Shown here: positions 26,467 through 40,469 of the stretch, in pieces
How the letters are laid out: each line of letters begins with the position of its first letter
Numbering within the stretch: the stretch's first letter is position 1
NCBI GenBank assembly: GCA_964016885.1
Contig: OZ024741.1
Location: 231,694,001 to 231,758,000 of the forward strand
Direction of reading: 5' to 3'
Length of the DNA: 64,000 bases
From: Eledone cirrhosa
Lineage: Eukaryota
The notes under the pieces: model-generated
Database searches by the model: none
The model's input: the letters and a program-made list of their open reading frames with translations, nothing else
What the model was told of the DNA's origin: nothing
Program-made: the position numbers and the translations under genes

Positions 26467-29400
26467 TGGTTATGAGTTGTTTTAAGTATATATTAACCCG
26501 AAGAATAATTATTTGTTATCAACACATGAAACATTTGAGCAAATCATATGTTTTTGGCCTAAGAGGGATCATCTGAAAATGAGAAAATTCAGACATTAGA
26601 CGCAGAAATAGATATCTGAAAACGTTACAAGCAGATATTGTATGTTTGATGTTCGTGAGGTCGGCAACTAAACTGGTTCCAACCAACCACCGTCTGATGA
26701 GGATGGTAGATGGAACCCCAGTTGCTCTAAATACAAGAGCTATAAAATTGGTGGATGAAAGTTTCAGGGTCAAAGTCCATCTACTTCATCTATGGGTTAA
26801 ATCGCCTCACCCACGTCAATTGACCAAGTGTGTATTTACAGTTATATAACTCACAAGATCAAAACCAAGCAGAAAGCCGTGACGGTCAATCTGGGAGATA
26901 TCAATCTAACGGGAGTGGGAAGGACTCTAGATTGTATATATTTATATGTATGTATCTGTATATATCAATATGTTTTCATTTTACTTGTGATATATAAACA
27001 CATTTTGGTCATATCACTGGATTTAGGAGGATGTTCTGTTACTCCTCAAATTTCTATCACATATTAACAGATACATTGTTATTTCCACTGCCCGTTCCTA
27101 CCTGAAAATTCATGCTGATACATTTTGTCTAGTAGAGCGCATCCAAGTAAGCTAGCAGGAAAGTATATCTGCTAGTTTCCTCTGTAAGATCGGAAAGACA
27201 GAAGCTCACAGGAAGAAGCTCCTTGATGTGGAATGACCATTCTTCGCGGTAATACTTCCCTGATTTTTCCGCGGGGCGCAGTGGAAATAAACCATCCGGA
27301 TTGAGTTGTGGAGTCTGTACACACTCCGGGTTTTCACTACCTTTTGTAGCTTATATTTATTTCATGTTTTTACGGTTTTTCTTTTCCGTTTCATCATTAT
27401 CATTTATATTGCACAATTTACAACATATTTTCCCATTAGTTTAATAAATATATATTTTATAAACACTGTTGATTAGCTTTTCATCTCATTCTCCTTACAC
27501 GCATGAGAGACTATAGTATTTGTTTTTATTATGTGTTCATGCACAGTTATATGATAGAAGTTTAATCTGTGTTTCTCCTTTACAGAATCGTAAGGATACA
27601 ATAATAGAAGGTAAGTGATGTCTTTGCTAAACATTACAGCAACACCTCTTACTCACAACCACATTGAGTGGACATTACCGACACTCTCCTCTCTTTGCCT
27701 CCCTCGCTCTCTCTCTCGCAACCTCATAAATATGTAATTTCTACACCCCCACCCCAACGCACCTTCTCTCTCTATCAACAACACAGTCTGAATATGATCT
27801 CCTCCCGTCACTCTCTCTCTCTCTCTGAACAACATAGACTTGACATTAACGCCTCCTCCTCCTTAATACCTGCAAACATTTATGATTTGGAGTGATAGAA
27901 TCTTACATCTCTCCCTAAACAACATCGAGTGGACATGACGAACGCTTTCACTCTCTCAACGAGATAGATTGTACATTACTTCCACACCCTTAGGTTCCAA
28001 AGAACTTAGTGTGTATATTACAACCGTCATCTATATGCACAACATACCTCCTCTCTCACTTTCTAATCAATGTATACTGGACATTACACTCACCCTCTCA
28101 CTCAACAATATAAACTGGACATTACCGCGCCTTTCTCATCAGCCTAGGCAGAAGTTTCCCTCCAGCCTCTCTCACTCTCTATCCATCACTGTCATCAACG
28201 ACATACAATGTCCATAGCCACCTCTCACAGAGATGGATACTTCAAACCCCATCTCTTAATCTCTCCCAGCTCTCTACTTAATGCAACCGACATGGAGATA
28301 TCCATCGCAAACACTTCCTCCAGTAATTTTGACTGACACCCTCAGAAAATCTGTCGCTAAATTTGGAGGTAACGGTGACTAGGACTGCTTTTCTCAGTAT
28401 CTCTTTGCTTTCGCTCTATCTCTCTCCTCTCTCTATCGAGATAATGGTGATTCGGAATGATTCTCTCAGTATTTCTCTCTCATATAATAACAAACATAAA
28501 ATTCTGTTGTTTAGAGCCCTACAATGTATCTTTCTGTAAATCTCCATAACCCGAGTTAACGGGAAATTTGACTGACCATTTCAGCACAATTTTCTCATTA
28601 CCTTCCTAGATAACGTTGAGTGACTGCTCCAGTTCAGCTCTCTCATTCTCTCCAAAGATAACACCGATTTAGACTGATTCTCTCAACAAATCTCTTTTGT
28701 TAACTTACGAAATAACGGCGAGATATTCTGACTCTCAGTACATATATCTCGATAAATCCTTCAAGTAACGATGAAGTGATCTTATTTCCTCAACGTTACT
28801 TTCACAATATCCCAAGATAAAAGCGATATGGACTGCCTCTCTAGGCAAATCACTTTCGCTATCTCCCGACATAATGTTGTGTTTTAGTGACTTTCTCAAT
28901 ACATCTATCGTGCTATTTCTTGAAGTAGCAGCGCGTTTGTCTCATTTTGTCGGAACACATCACTCGCTATCTCTTGGTGTAGCGAATTACCTATACTGTC
29001 CGTCGTCAGTATAAGGTAACCTCCATGTCTTGCTAACATATGAGGGTATTGTTACCAATATATGTTTTCAATTATTTATACTACGAACACAACGAGTATA
29101 CAAAATATCAAATTTATTTTAGATATTTTAACTGCTCTTATATCGATTCATTTTAGTTTTTGATGACGACTTCTGTCACTAGCCTACTTGCATTATAGTT
29201 ATTGAACATATAAGCATTAACTGCTTTTTAACCCTCATACATTCACCAAAATATAGGTTTCTATCTTAGGTACAAGGGCAGCAGATTTAGGGAAAGGGAA
29301 ATGTACATTGAAACTATCCTTATCTTTCGTTGGTACTTCATGTACTCGAACAGTTTCACAATGGCTTGAAACGACTCTTGCGATATGAAAACAGTTAATA

Positions 29401-30317
29401 TTAATTTGCATAGAACCCAAGGAAATCTTTTTTTATTGTTACATCTTAGCACTTGTTCTGAAATAGGAAGTAACCTGAACATATATGATATTTTATACTT
29501 TTGACACAAGACAGTACTGATATAATTTTGGGGGTAGTCCTTTACGAACTTGGCTCTCTCTGTGTCAGGGTCAAATTTGCCTTTCATCTTTTCGAGATCG
29601 ATTAAAGATATTCCGGTCCCGTACTGCGTTTGATTCTTCCTTTAGATATACTTCACACTTTACATCATCCTCACTATCTCTTTCTCTCCTTGTCTGCAAA
29701 GAATCGGCTGACTTCAGACCTGCAGAGAATATGGACTCTGCCGGGTTTAAATGCCCACGGATCAAATTATGTTACTGCTGCCTCTCTACGATTCCATCTC
29801 ACAAGAACACATTAAACCACATACACACATACACATACACACATACACACATACACACACATATATATAAACGAACCACACATATAATCAGAAACGTCCA
29901 TTGTCACGAGTAATATGATTGATTCCTTCAAAGCCAGGAAAAAATGAGTATTCTTTATGTCCTCAACGTGCTCATTTACTAAGGTTGTAGCCTAATTTTC
30001 GCCGGACGGCAATCGCTCTGTATAATCAGCTCTTGAATATGACTGGAATTCTATAAGAATCCAGCTTTTATAATTTTCGGTGGATGCAGTGGGTACGTGG
30101 CTCTGAGGATCGCCAGTCAGCGGTGAAAAGACTGTTCACTTCTCTCCCTTCTTTCGCCGAAGAGAAGTAAGTGATATACTTACTACTTTAAAACCTATAA
30201 CGTATGGTCTTCTTAATGTTTTTTATGAAACATACGGTATATTGCTTTATATATTTATATATTCATATATAATTGTATATGTATATATATATATATATAT
30301 ATATACATACATATATA

Positions 30318-31545
30318 TATTATGGGTATAACCCACCGTGTTTTAAACTGTTGAAAGTAATTCCGATATATGCATTTTTGTTGTTATTATCAGTTCCTGA
30401 GTCGTCATCACATTTATATAAGATTTTGTTCGCCAGGCATTTGTTTTCGAGTGGACATGTTTCCTTATTCTGGCAGTTGCACAATGCTCCCGTCCAGGGA
30501 TGTGTTATGGAGAATGTAGATTTATGTAATTTAGCAGTTTGCCTATATTCCAAGTAAGGTGTAGTGGATTAGGTGAGTCTTATTTGCTTCTTATTATAGA
30601 TAGTGTAGTACCTATGTTGTGTGGGGAAGTGTTTATTCAGCAATGTGTAATCCTAGCTATTGTTATAGAGATATCTCGGTTGAAGGCAGTGGGTTGTAGA
30701 ATGTTTCCTGCATATGCCTATTTCTCCTAAGTTGTCTTGGGGTGTTTAAAGCCACTGCAGGAAAGGGCGTCGATAGAATAAGGAGCAGACGCACTGAAGA
30801 TGTCTTCATTGGCTGAGAGACCGGAAGGTCTGAGTGATACGCTTTTAACTAAATTGTCTGGGATATTTTTGGGGTGGTCGATCGAACATCTGTGTATCTC
30901 AGGGATTCGTTAGATTTGTGGTACAGGTAATAGAGGCATGTATCAAAATCTAAAAAGTTGGCCCTAATCTTATTTGAATCTATGGTTATTCTAAATTACG
31001 GAAGAACAAGCTTAAGTTTGTACCCGTCAGTGGTTCTGCGGTTTATTTTGTGCAAGGCGACAACGCCATCATCTTCAAATAATCCTCCGGTTAGGCCGAT
31101 GAAGAGGTTCCTCAGGTGGTATAAGATGTACAGGCCCATGAGTTCGCTAACTTCAGCCGTGTCAAATGTGGTCTCAGACTTCTTGTTAATTCCGTAAAAT
31201 CCCTCGTATTGTAGAAAGGTCTTACGGTCGGGGAGGATCACATCCTGCTTATCGTCGGTGATGGTGGTAACATTCCTGGCAAAGACAAATGCATCCTTCA
31301 GTAGAGGCTCTGAGATGAAATCTTAGTTGTCTTCTACGTCCAGTTGCAGAACGCGGGTGTTACGTATATCGGGCAATTCTTGGAACGAAGAGTTTGCCTC
31401 AGTGTTTCTACTCTAGAGTAGGAGAGATGAGGCCGTACGCAGCGAAGGTAGTACTCCATCAGGGATCTTTTTGCGGATAGAACCGATATCCGAACGTGTG
31501 GGGTTGATCAGTCTAACCAACGGTTTATGACTCTTAATATGGTTT
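30318..31545 (-). mobile_element. Degenerate PLE RT plus GIY-YIG, paralog of 5315-6440
   Basis: AEVSELMGLYILYHL..GLFEDDGV; CNCQNKETCPLENKCLANKILYKC..YIGIT. Confidence 0.85.
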
Positions 31546-31858
31546 CTAAAGAATTCACTTTTCCTTAAATCCTTCAACCAATGTCATGCACCCATCCCAA
31601 TCACCACGCTCTCCTACCAACAGAAAATGTATAAATACTACCATATAACTTGGACAGACGGCTCCTTATGGTAACATATCGAATGGAACAGTTCCAGTCC
31701 TGTAGAAGCCATTTCTATATTATCTTCCTGTCTTCCTCCGGTTGCAACGTTTTTTGAAATATCCAGTTCTGCGTTTACAGATTGACTTTGTTAGTTTCAG
31801 AAGATCCCGTTAAGGGTGAAAGCAGCGATTCTTTGCTTAAACTTTAATCTGTTATTTA

Positions 31859-31909
<51 letters not shown>

Positions 31910-32032
31910 GGAGGTGAGTTTTATTGTAGTACAATAAAGCAATGCAGATATCGGATAAGAAGCACTCTACAGTTTGTGGGACTGGAGTATGCATAATATA
32001 AGATCAAAAGATGGTTAAAGGAGTTCCATATA

Positions 32033-32099
32033 TTTTATTATGCGCATTTCAAAAACAAACATCATCAAACAATAATATTTGCGTTTTCATCAGATAAAA
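32033..32099 (-). ncRNA. Canonical type-I hammerhead ribozyme (left arm of hairpin 31994-32310)
   Basis: Reverse complement of 32201-32267. Confidence 0.82.
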
Positions 32100-32200
32100 C
32101 AGGAGAACATGATATGAAGGCTAAAAAACACTTGTTGATATGTTGATTTAAAACTGCACTATCAACAAGTGTTTTTTAGCCTTCATATCATGTTCTCCTG

Positions 32201-32267
32201 TTTTATCTGATGAAAACGCAAATATTATTGTTTGATGATGTTTGTTTTTGAAATGCGCATAATAAAA
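32201..32267 (+). ncRNA. Canonical type-I hammerhead ribozyme (right arm)
   Basis: TTTTAT-CTGATGA-AAAcGCAAATATTATT gttt GATGATGTTTGTtTTT-GAA A TGCGCA T-A|ATAAAA. Confidence 0.82.
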
Positions 32268-32299
32268 TATATGGAACTCCTTTAACCATCTTTTGATCT

Positions 32300-32330
<31 letters not shown>

Positions 32331-32842
32331 ACCCGTGTATTTCAATCTTGCTTAGTCATATAAACTTTTGTGGAATCTATCAGATAATTAACTTTACATC
32401 ACCCGGTCTGCCTTCCTCTATTCTCTCTTCTTATTTATCCACCACCTCCATGTCATGCTTTCTTGTCTGTAATTTGGACGACAGTCTATATTAATCGTTA
32501 CTGTTTTGCTATTTCTTGTCTTTCTATATACTCGCCTCCTTTGGCTGCTCCCATTATACACTACTTTCTTAGTTGCCCCACGTAGAATCATTTCCTTCTA
32601 TATTTGAGTAATTCTTTAAAGATATAACATGACTCTAGCTGTTTTGCTATTTCCCAATGTTCACTGGAATGTATGGTATGAACATTAATATAAGGAAATG
32701 ATAGTAATTTCCATAAGTTGACTGAGGAGATGGGACTGCCCCACATGCCGTTGTATTTCCTTTGTATTTGTTCTATGCGCAATCTCTTTTGAATATATAT
32801 TATCAGTAACAAGGAAATGGTTGATTTTGACTGAATGCTTAC

Positions 32843-32924
<82 letters not shown>

Positions 32925-32935
32925 TAAAAGATTAA

Positions 32936-33001
<66 letters not shown>

Positions 33002-33079
33002 TTAATCTGTTATTTTAATAAATATATATATATATATATATATATAATGTAAGCATTCGATATTCAGTCAAAATCAACC

Positions 33080-33158
<79 letters not shown>

Positions 33159-33201
33159 TATATATGTAAATATATATATACAAATATATATATATATATT
33201 T

Positions 33202-33263
<62 letters not shown>

Positions 33264-33553
33264 CATAAAATATGTCTTTAGAATCACTAGATATAGTATA
33301 TACCATTTCCTCTCCCAATTAGCATAATTAACCATATAAAAGATCAATTAGACCAATCTATAAGAATAAAGGCTCTTATGAAGAAATCTCCGACAAATAA
33401 CCGAAAGCAGCCCCTTCGCAGTGGCTACGATAGATATTTATCTAACATTTCGACAGCATGTAAGAATCGACTACATACAGTCAACTAAACACAATTAGGT
33501 GTAAAATTGAACTCAGAAGAATTGCGTATATATATATTTACACACACATATAT

Positions 33554-33613
<60 letters not shown>

Positions 33614-34355
33614 ACGGAATGAAAGTTAACAGGCTAGAATTAACTTGTTTTATCATATTCGCTGCTATATATGTTTCGGTGATAACCATTATACAACAGC
33701 TATGACTTCACCAGACAGCTACAACGTGAACAGATAAAGCAGAAAAACATATGGGTGGAATAATCATTACCTCTGTTATTTCGGTCCATTGATATGCTCT
33801 GTCCGGAAGTATGGTATTGTTTCCTCTACGATCTGCCTCCAGTTCTTTGAGAAAACAAAATTGTTTAATCTATTTCAGATGACCAACCTAGCGTTAAATT
33901 GGATCCACATGAGATGTCAAATTCCAATTACATTAAAGCATCCTCTATAGATGTAAGTATTAGGAAAATATTTAACATGAACAACAATGTTTTAAACTGA
34001 TAATGCAATTCTATCTGTATTACTTATAAACGACATTATGCAACTGCTGAAAACTTGTCTCGTGTCCGCTTCGGAAAAAAATGCGTGGTGAAAGTCATTG
34101 CAATGTCGCGTCCCCAAAAATCGACGTATATGAACATAGGAGCTGCGTGAACAAGCATCAAGCACAGGAGGTACAATACAAACACCACAACTCCTTTAAC
34201 TTGATCGATAATCGAAAAAGCACGGGCCTTTCGGAATAGATCTGGTATCTTTTGTTAGACAAGACCCGGCAATCTTTCATGTGTTCTAAGGTTTAGGAAG
34301 CCCGCCCTGACGGAGGTGACTCGGACATCTGCAGTTTGTGTCTGAGTGAGACCCT

Positions 34356-34494
<139 letters not shown>

Positions 34495-34558
34495 TGTGTG
34501 GTGTGTGTGCGTGTATATATTAGAATCACATGCACATCTATATATGCATATATGTAAA

Positions 34559-34607
<49 letters not shown>

Positions 34608-35284
34608 GATATGCGTTGTTATAAGTATATATTAACCCGTAGAGTAAATATTTGTTATAAATATATATTAAAAGTTTAAGCAATGCATATGTTTTAGGCA
34701 TAAAGGGGGATCATCTGAAACTGAGAAAAATGAGACTTTAGACGTAGAAATAGATATCTCAAAACGTTACTAACATATATTGCCTATATCATGTTTGAGT
34801 GGTTGGCGACAGGATCCCACCAGAACAGCGTCTGGCGAGGAGGGTACGTGAAACCCCAGTTGCCCAAAATACAAGAGCTATAAAATGGTGCATGAAATCT
34901 TTAGGGTCAAAGTCCATCTACTTCGCATATGGGTTAAATCGCATCACCCGCCAACATTTGATCAAGTGTGATGTTTACTGACATGACCAAAATCAAGCAG
35001 AAATCCGTGAGAGTGAAGCTGGGAGATATCAATCTAACGGGAGTGGGAAGGACTCTTGATTGTAGATTGAATTTTTTCATCTCATTCTATTTACACTGAT
35101 GAGAGCCTATGGTATTTGTATTTATGACGTGTTCATGCACAGTTATATTATAGTCTTAAACTCTGTTTCTCTTTTACAGAATCGGAAGTATATGATAACG
35201 CAAGGTAAGTGATGCCTTTGCTAAACATTACAGCAAAACCTCTTATTCACAACCACATGAGTGGACATTATCGTCACTCTCCTC

Positions 35285-35339
<55 letters not shown>

Positions 35340-35650
35340 CAACAATATAAATATGTAATTTCTCCACCACTTCTCTATGTATCAACAATATGGTCTAAAT
35401 ATTAAATCCTCCAGTCCCCCTTTCTTTCAACAACACGGTCTTTATATTATCTCCTCCCCTCACTCTCTTTTTCTCAACAACATAGACTGGACATTAACTG
35501 CTCATCTCCCCCTCTATGGCTGCATACCGTTTATGATGTGTTGTGATTGAATCTTGTGACTCACCCATCCTCTCTCTCAAAGAGATAGAATGGATGTTAC
35601 TTCCACACCCTTACGTTCCAATTAACATAGACTGTATAATACAATCATTA

Positions 35651-35821
35651 TCTACAAATCTAAAACAGAGAGTGTCTGTCTGTTAGACTCCCTAAAACTC
35701 GAGAATCACCAAAGCGATTGTTTTCAACCTTTACATATATAATACTTATGGACCTGTGAGTCTTTTGAGCAAAACATATTTTAAATTTTCAATGCCTTAG
35801 GAAGCGCCGCAGGTGATCTAG
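35651..35821 (+). mobile_element. Possible short non-autonomous Helitron
   Basis: A|TCTA start, GC-rich GAAGCGCCGCAGG then CTAG end; absent from the paralog at ~28030. Confidence 0.4.
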
Positions 35822-36318
35822 CGTTCTCTCTCTATAATTCTTAGTCTTTCTTTTTAGATAGATACTTAGATATAACGTTGCGCCCTTATAATATGTCTGT
35901 ATGTCTAGCTGTCTGCATTACGACATTATGACGTCGCTACGTGTGTATATATATGTATATATAGTGTGTGTATATATGTATATATATAGTGTGTGTTTAT
36001 ATATATGCATATATATAGTGTATATATATATATATATATATATAGTGTGTAACTTTTTTCGAAATATTTACTTCTGCGTTCACAGATTGATTTTTTTTAG
36101 TTGCAGAAGATCCCGTTAATGGTGAAAGCGGAGATTCTTTGCTTAAACTTTGATCTGTTATTTCAATATATCCTTGCCGAATTACCTGGAGTTGCTCGGG
36201 ATTTGCTTTAGGGTTCTTATATATTTGATATATATTTATCCTTATCGAGCCTTGTAATATAAAAACGTTTGTTTATATTTTGTAATTGTCTATGCAACAA
36301 TATCTTTACACGAATATA

Positions 36319-36402
<84 letters not shown>

Positions 36403-36409
36403 TAGCTAT

Positions 36410-37085
36410 ACTTTGGGAGTGTCATGTTGCCAATAAGAACCACGCACCAGTTGCTTCCACTCCAATTTATTATACATTAAATTATAAATTTAAAAAAATT
36501 ATAATTTTCCAGTTGTTTGGTTAGTTCCACAACCGGACGGTTGTTCATATATTGTCAAAGTTCTTTTGTCACACATTCCGTGACCTCATCAGTTGCCGGG
36601 GATTCTTTTCTTTTTTTTGTTTTGTGCCTCTCCTTTGTTCTGTCTTATGTCATCTTGTATTTGTGTGTGTTGTTTGCTTAGTTTGCGCATGCATTACATC
36701 CGGGTGTCCGTGTGTGTTTTTATTTGTTAATTTATTTGTTTATTTACATGTTACTAGCTGGTTGTTTGTTCTATGTGTGTGTGCTTTCATTTTGTCCTTA
36801 ATTGTAAGTTGTGATGTTGCTATTCCATTCATGTTTTCTATTTAATTTTGGTTGGAGTTCATTTATGTTTATTGCCTCTGTGATTTGTCTAAAGTTTGCG
36901 TCTTTTCTGTGTGTAGATTTTATTTTTATTTCTATGTACTCTAATTTGCCCTTATGTTCTATTTTAGCATGTTGGTGGAGTACTGGTGTGTTTCTTATTG
37001 GCAACATGACCCTCCCAAAGTATAACAATATCGGTTTCAACACACGTTTTCAGATAAAGAATCTTGCTAAACAAATTCAGAAACG
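36410..37085 (-). mobile_element. PLE GIY-YIG C-terminal fragment plus pseudo-LTR
   Basis: VLHQHAKIEH..IKIKSTHRKDANFRQITEAININELQPKLNRKHEW; HHR remnant CTGATGAGGTCAC..GTGAC at ~36545-36595. Confidence 0.75.
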
Positions 37086-38767
37086 AAATATAAATATATA
37101 TATATATATTTATATATATATATATATATTAAAATAAGTTTAAGCAAAGAATCGCTGCTTTCACCCTTAACAGGATCTTCTGAAACTAAAAAATCAATCT
37201 GTGAACGCAGAAATAAATATTTCGAAAAACGTACACAATATATATATATATACATATATATAAACACAGACTATATATATACATATATACACACACAGCG
37301 TCATAATGTCGTAATGCAGACAGTCAGACATACAGACAGATATTATGAGGTCGCAACGTTATGTGTAAGTATCTATCTAAAATGGACAATACCTCCACTC
37401 TCACTTTCTCATCAAAATATACTGGACATTATACTCACCCTCTCATTCAACAATATATCCTGGACATTACCCCTTCTTTCTCATGAGGGTAGACGGAAGT
37501 TTTTCTCCACACTCTCTCTCTCTCTTTCAATGATATAGACACCTCTCACAGAGATGGATACTCCAAACCCATCTCCTAATCTCACCCAGCTCTATACTTA
37601 CTGCAACCGGGGTGGAGATATCCATCGGCAAGCACTTACTCCAGAGATTTGGACTGACACCCTCAGACAATCTCTCGCTAAATCCTGTGGTAACGGTGAC
37701 TTGGACTGCTTTTCTCTCTCTCTCTCCCCTCTCTTTCGGGATAATTCGGATTGATTCTCTCAGTACAACTCTCTCACTAAATTACAAAGATAACAACGAG
37801 TTGGTCAGAGTCCTATCGTGCTATTTCTCGAAGTAGCAGCGCGTTTGTCTCAATTGGGCAGAACACATCACTCGCTATCTCTTGGTGTAACAATTTCCCT
37901 ATAGTGTTCGTCGGAAGGTTAGGTAATTTCTATTTGAGGTTGGCTAACATATGATGGTAGTGTTATCAATATTTGTTTTCATTTATTCAAACTAGGGGCA
38001 CAACGTCTATACCACAGGTTCTCAATCCATTTCGGGCAAAATACCCCTTTGCTCATCGAAATCACCAAACGCCCCCTACCCTATTTTTCCATTTTTCAAT
38101 ATACTACTGATTTTGATATCAGTAGATTAGTGGGCCAAATCAAGTTGTTAGAATCTTTAAACAAATCTTTAAAAATATTCGTACGAATTAAATCCAAGAA
38201 CAAAATCAAATTATATATTTTTGAAAAGTAGACGCGAATGTTCTCAAAGACATGATCTCAGTCGAAAAAGCTTATTTTTTAAATTCTATGTTTCAACGTT
38301 AGCTGTTGCAATATTTTGAGTGGATAGACAATTCTATAATTCACACTGTAAAGACAAAATACAAATGATGCAAAATACGAAGAATTTCTTACCCTTTTCT
38401 GGGATCACAAACTCAAGGGAAAAATAGTGCCTTGCAAAATAAAGTGTCTCGATCACAAAGTTAGATGCTTGGTGACAGTGAGCAAACAATATCAGTATCC
38501 CTTATATATATAGAGAGAGAGCTACCTCCCCCCCACACACACACCCACATACGCACACACACACACACACCCACATACGGACACACACACACACACACAT
38601 ACATACATACGCACCTACGAACATGCGTGTCCTTGTGTATTTGATAGCCTTGCTTTTTGGTACACACCAATTTAGTCTCCAGTTTCTATTGCCGAGACAA
38701 AGACCACTGCTCTTTTCAACAACATCAAATCACAACGCCATACATATGTGTATATATATACATATAC

Positions 38768-38802
<35 letters not shown>

Positions 38803-38951
38803 TATCTATCTATGGCGGGTAAAATTCCCGAGATCCATGGACGAGTTCTCTCCAGCGGTCTCTGTCCCTCATTATCGCTGCCATATCCTGCATCTCCAAC
38901 AGACCAGTGTCTGTCCTTAGGGAGCCCCTACATGGACACACTAGAAGAGGT

Positions 38952-39081
<130 letters not shown>

Positions 39082-39258
39082 GGATGGATACTTCAACAGG
39101 TACAATGTACTTGTAGAAATATTAAAGTTGTTTATAATACATGTGGTTCAATGGCACTAATTCGAGATACCAGAACTATATAAAAGTAGCAAAGCAAGCG
39201 GTTATTAAACAATTTTCTAAATAAATTAAAAAATGATTAAATAATCACCTGTTCAGAC

Positions 39259-39339
39259 GCTGTTACCGACGGTTTCATCATTCCGAAAGATTGAAAATCC
39301 AACGAATTTCGTATGGAAAGAAATGAATCTTCAGACAGC
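39259..39339 (-). ncRNA. Type-I hammerhead ribozyme with extended stem II, in the loop of inverted repeat 39180-39485
   Basis: GCTGT-CTGAAGA-T TCATTTC...GGAATGA T-GAA ACCG t CGGT-A|ACAGC. Confidence 0.82.
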
Positions 39340-39477
39340 CCTATTTCCACGCCATAAGGTATCAAGCCTAATAGCAAGTAAATATTATGCTCCCTGCCCA
39401 ACAGCGTCTGAACAGGTGATTATTTAATCATTTTTTAATTTATTTAGAAAATTGTTTAATAACCGCTTGCTTCGCTA

Positions 39478-39524
<47 letters not shown>

Positions 39525-39536
39525 TTAATATAGATG

Positions 39537-39587
39537 AGATTCTACAGGACTAGAACTGTTTCATTCTTTAGAAATCATCAGGAATCC
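39537..39587 (-). ncRNA. Type-I hammerhead ribozyme within a 127-bp hairpin (39521-39647); inverted core copy at 39587-39630 (+)
   Basis: GGATTC-CTGATGA-T TTCT aa AGAA T-GAA ACAG ttctagtc CTGT-A|GAATCT. Confidence 0.75.
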
Positions 39588-39859
39588 TGATGATTTCTAA
39601 AGAATGAAACAGTTCTATTCCTGTAGAATCTCATCTATATTAAAACTTTTATACTCTGCTATGTATTGAGTACCTTACTTACTGTGGTTACCTCCGATTC
39701 AACCCGGAATAATGTACCTATACATGTATATATATATATATGTGTGTAGAAGTTATATTTAAATTGTTGGGATACAACAGGCAAATATTTGTATAACTGA
39801 TATAAAGCACTCAAATTATTGGAATAAAAATACAATATATATATATATATATGTATATG

Positions 39860-39910
39860 TAAGTATGTATGTATACGTACATACATATATGTATACAGAC
39901 GTACAGTAGC

Positions 39911-39969
<59 letters not shown>

Positions 39970-40392
39970 CAGGCACACATATATATATATACACGTATCA
40001 GTTTACCGAACATTTATTATAATGTTCACTTTGTTCGTTTGTAAACAAACGAACAGCCTGTTTTACGCCGTACAGTGTTTAGGCAACCACGTCACCTTTT
40101 TGTTCAACACTGACACAGGAACGATGTACTAGTTTCAAGCTTATTAGCTATCGTCAGCACCGTATACCTTTCTGCCAGATGGTTGAACGTCCGAAAGTAT
40201 ATATTTTCCTTATGAAAATTAACGGCTGAGTAGCCTAATTTGCATATCGAGTGAGTTCAGTCGGCCAGGCGCACCGAAAACGATAAATGCAATAGAATGA
40301 AACGAAATTTCATTCTTCACTCTTAGTACTGCACTTACTTTAAAGTAAGTATGTATACGTACATACATATATGTATACAGACGTACAGTAGC

Positions 40393-40469
<77 letters not shown>

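Noticed and set aside
26690-26730. CTGATGAGGATGGTAGATGGAACC as a hammerhead
   Set aside because: No convincing stems I-III, and the paralog at ~34830 lacks the core
26560-26935. GC-richer block that might be a coding exon (paralog at 34700-35065)
   Set aside because: Reading frames are not conserved between the paralogs and there is no recognisable domain
38014-38050. CAGGTTCTCAA resembling a hAT-type terminal repeat
   Set aside because: No matching second terminus or transposase found
40170-40290. Second, plus-strand hammerhead in the array unit (GAAAGTATATACTTT; CTGAGCA)
   Set aside because: No CUGANGA correctly placed relative to GAAA; better explained as simple hairpins
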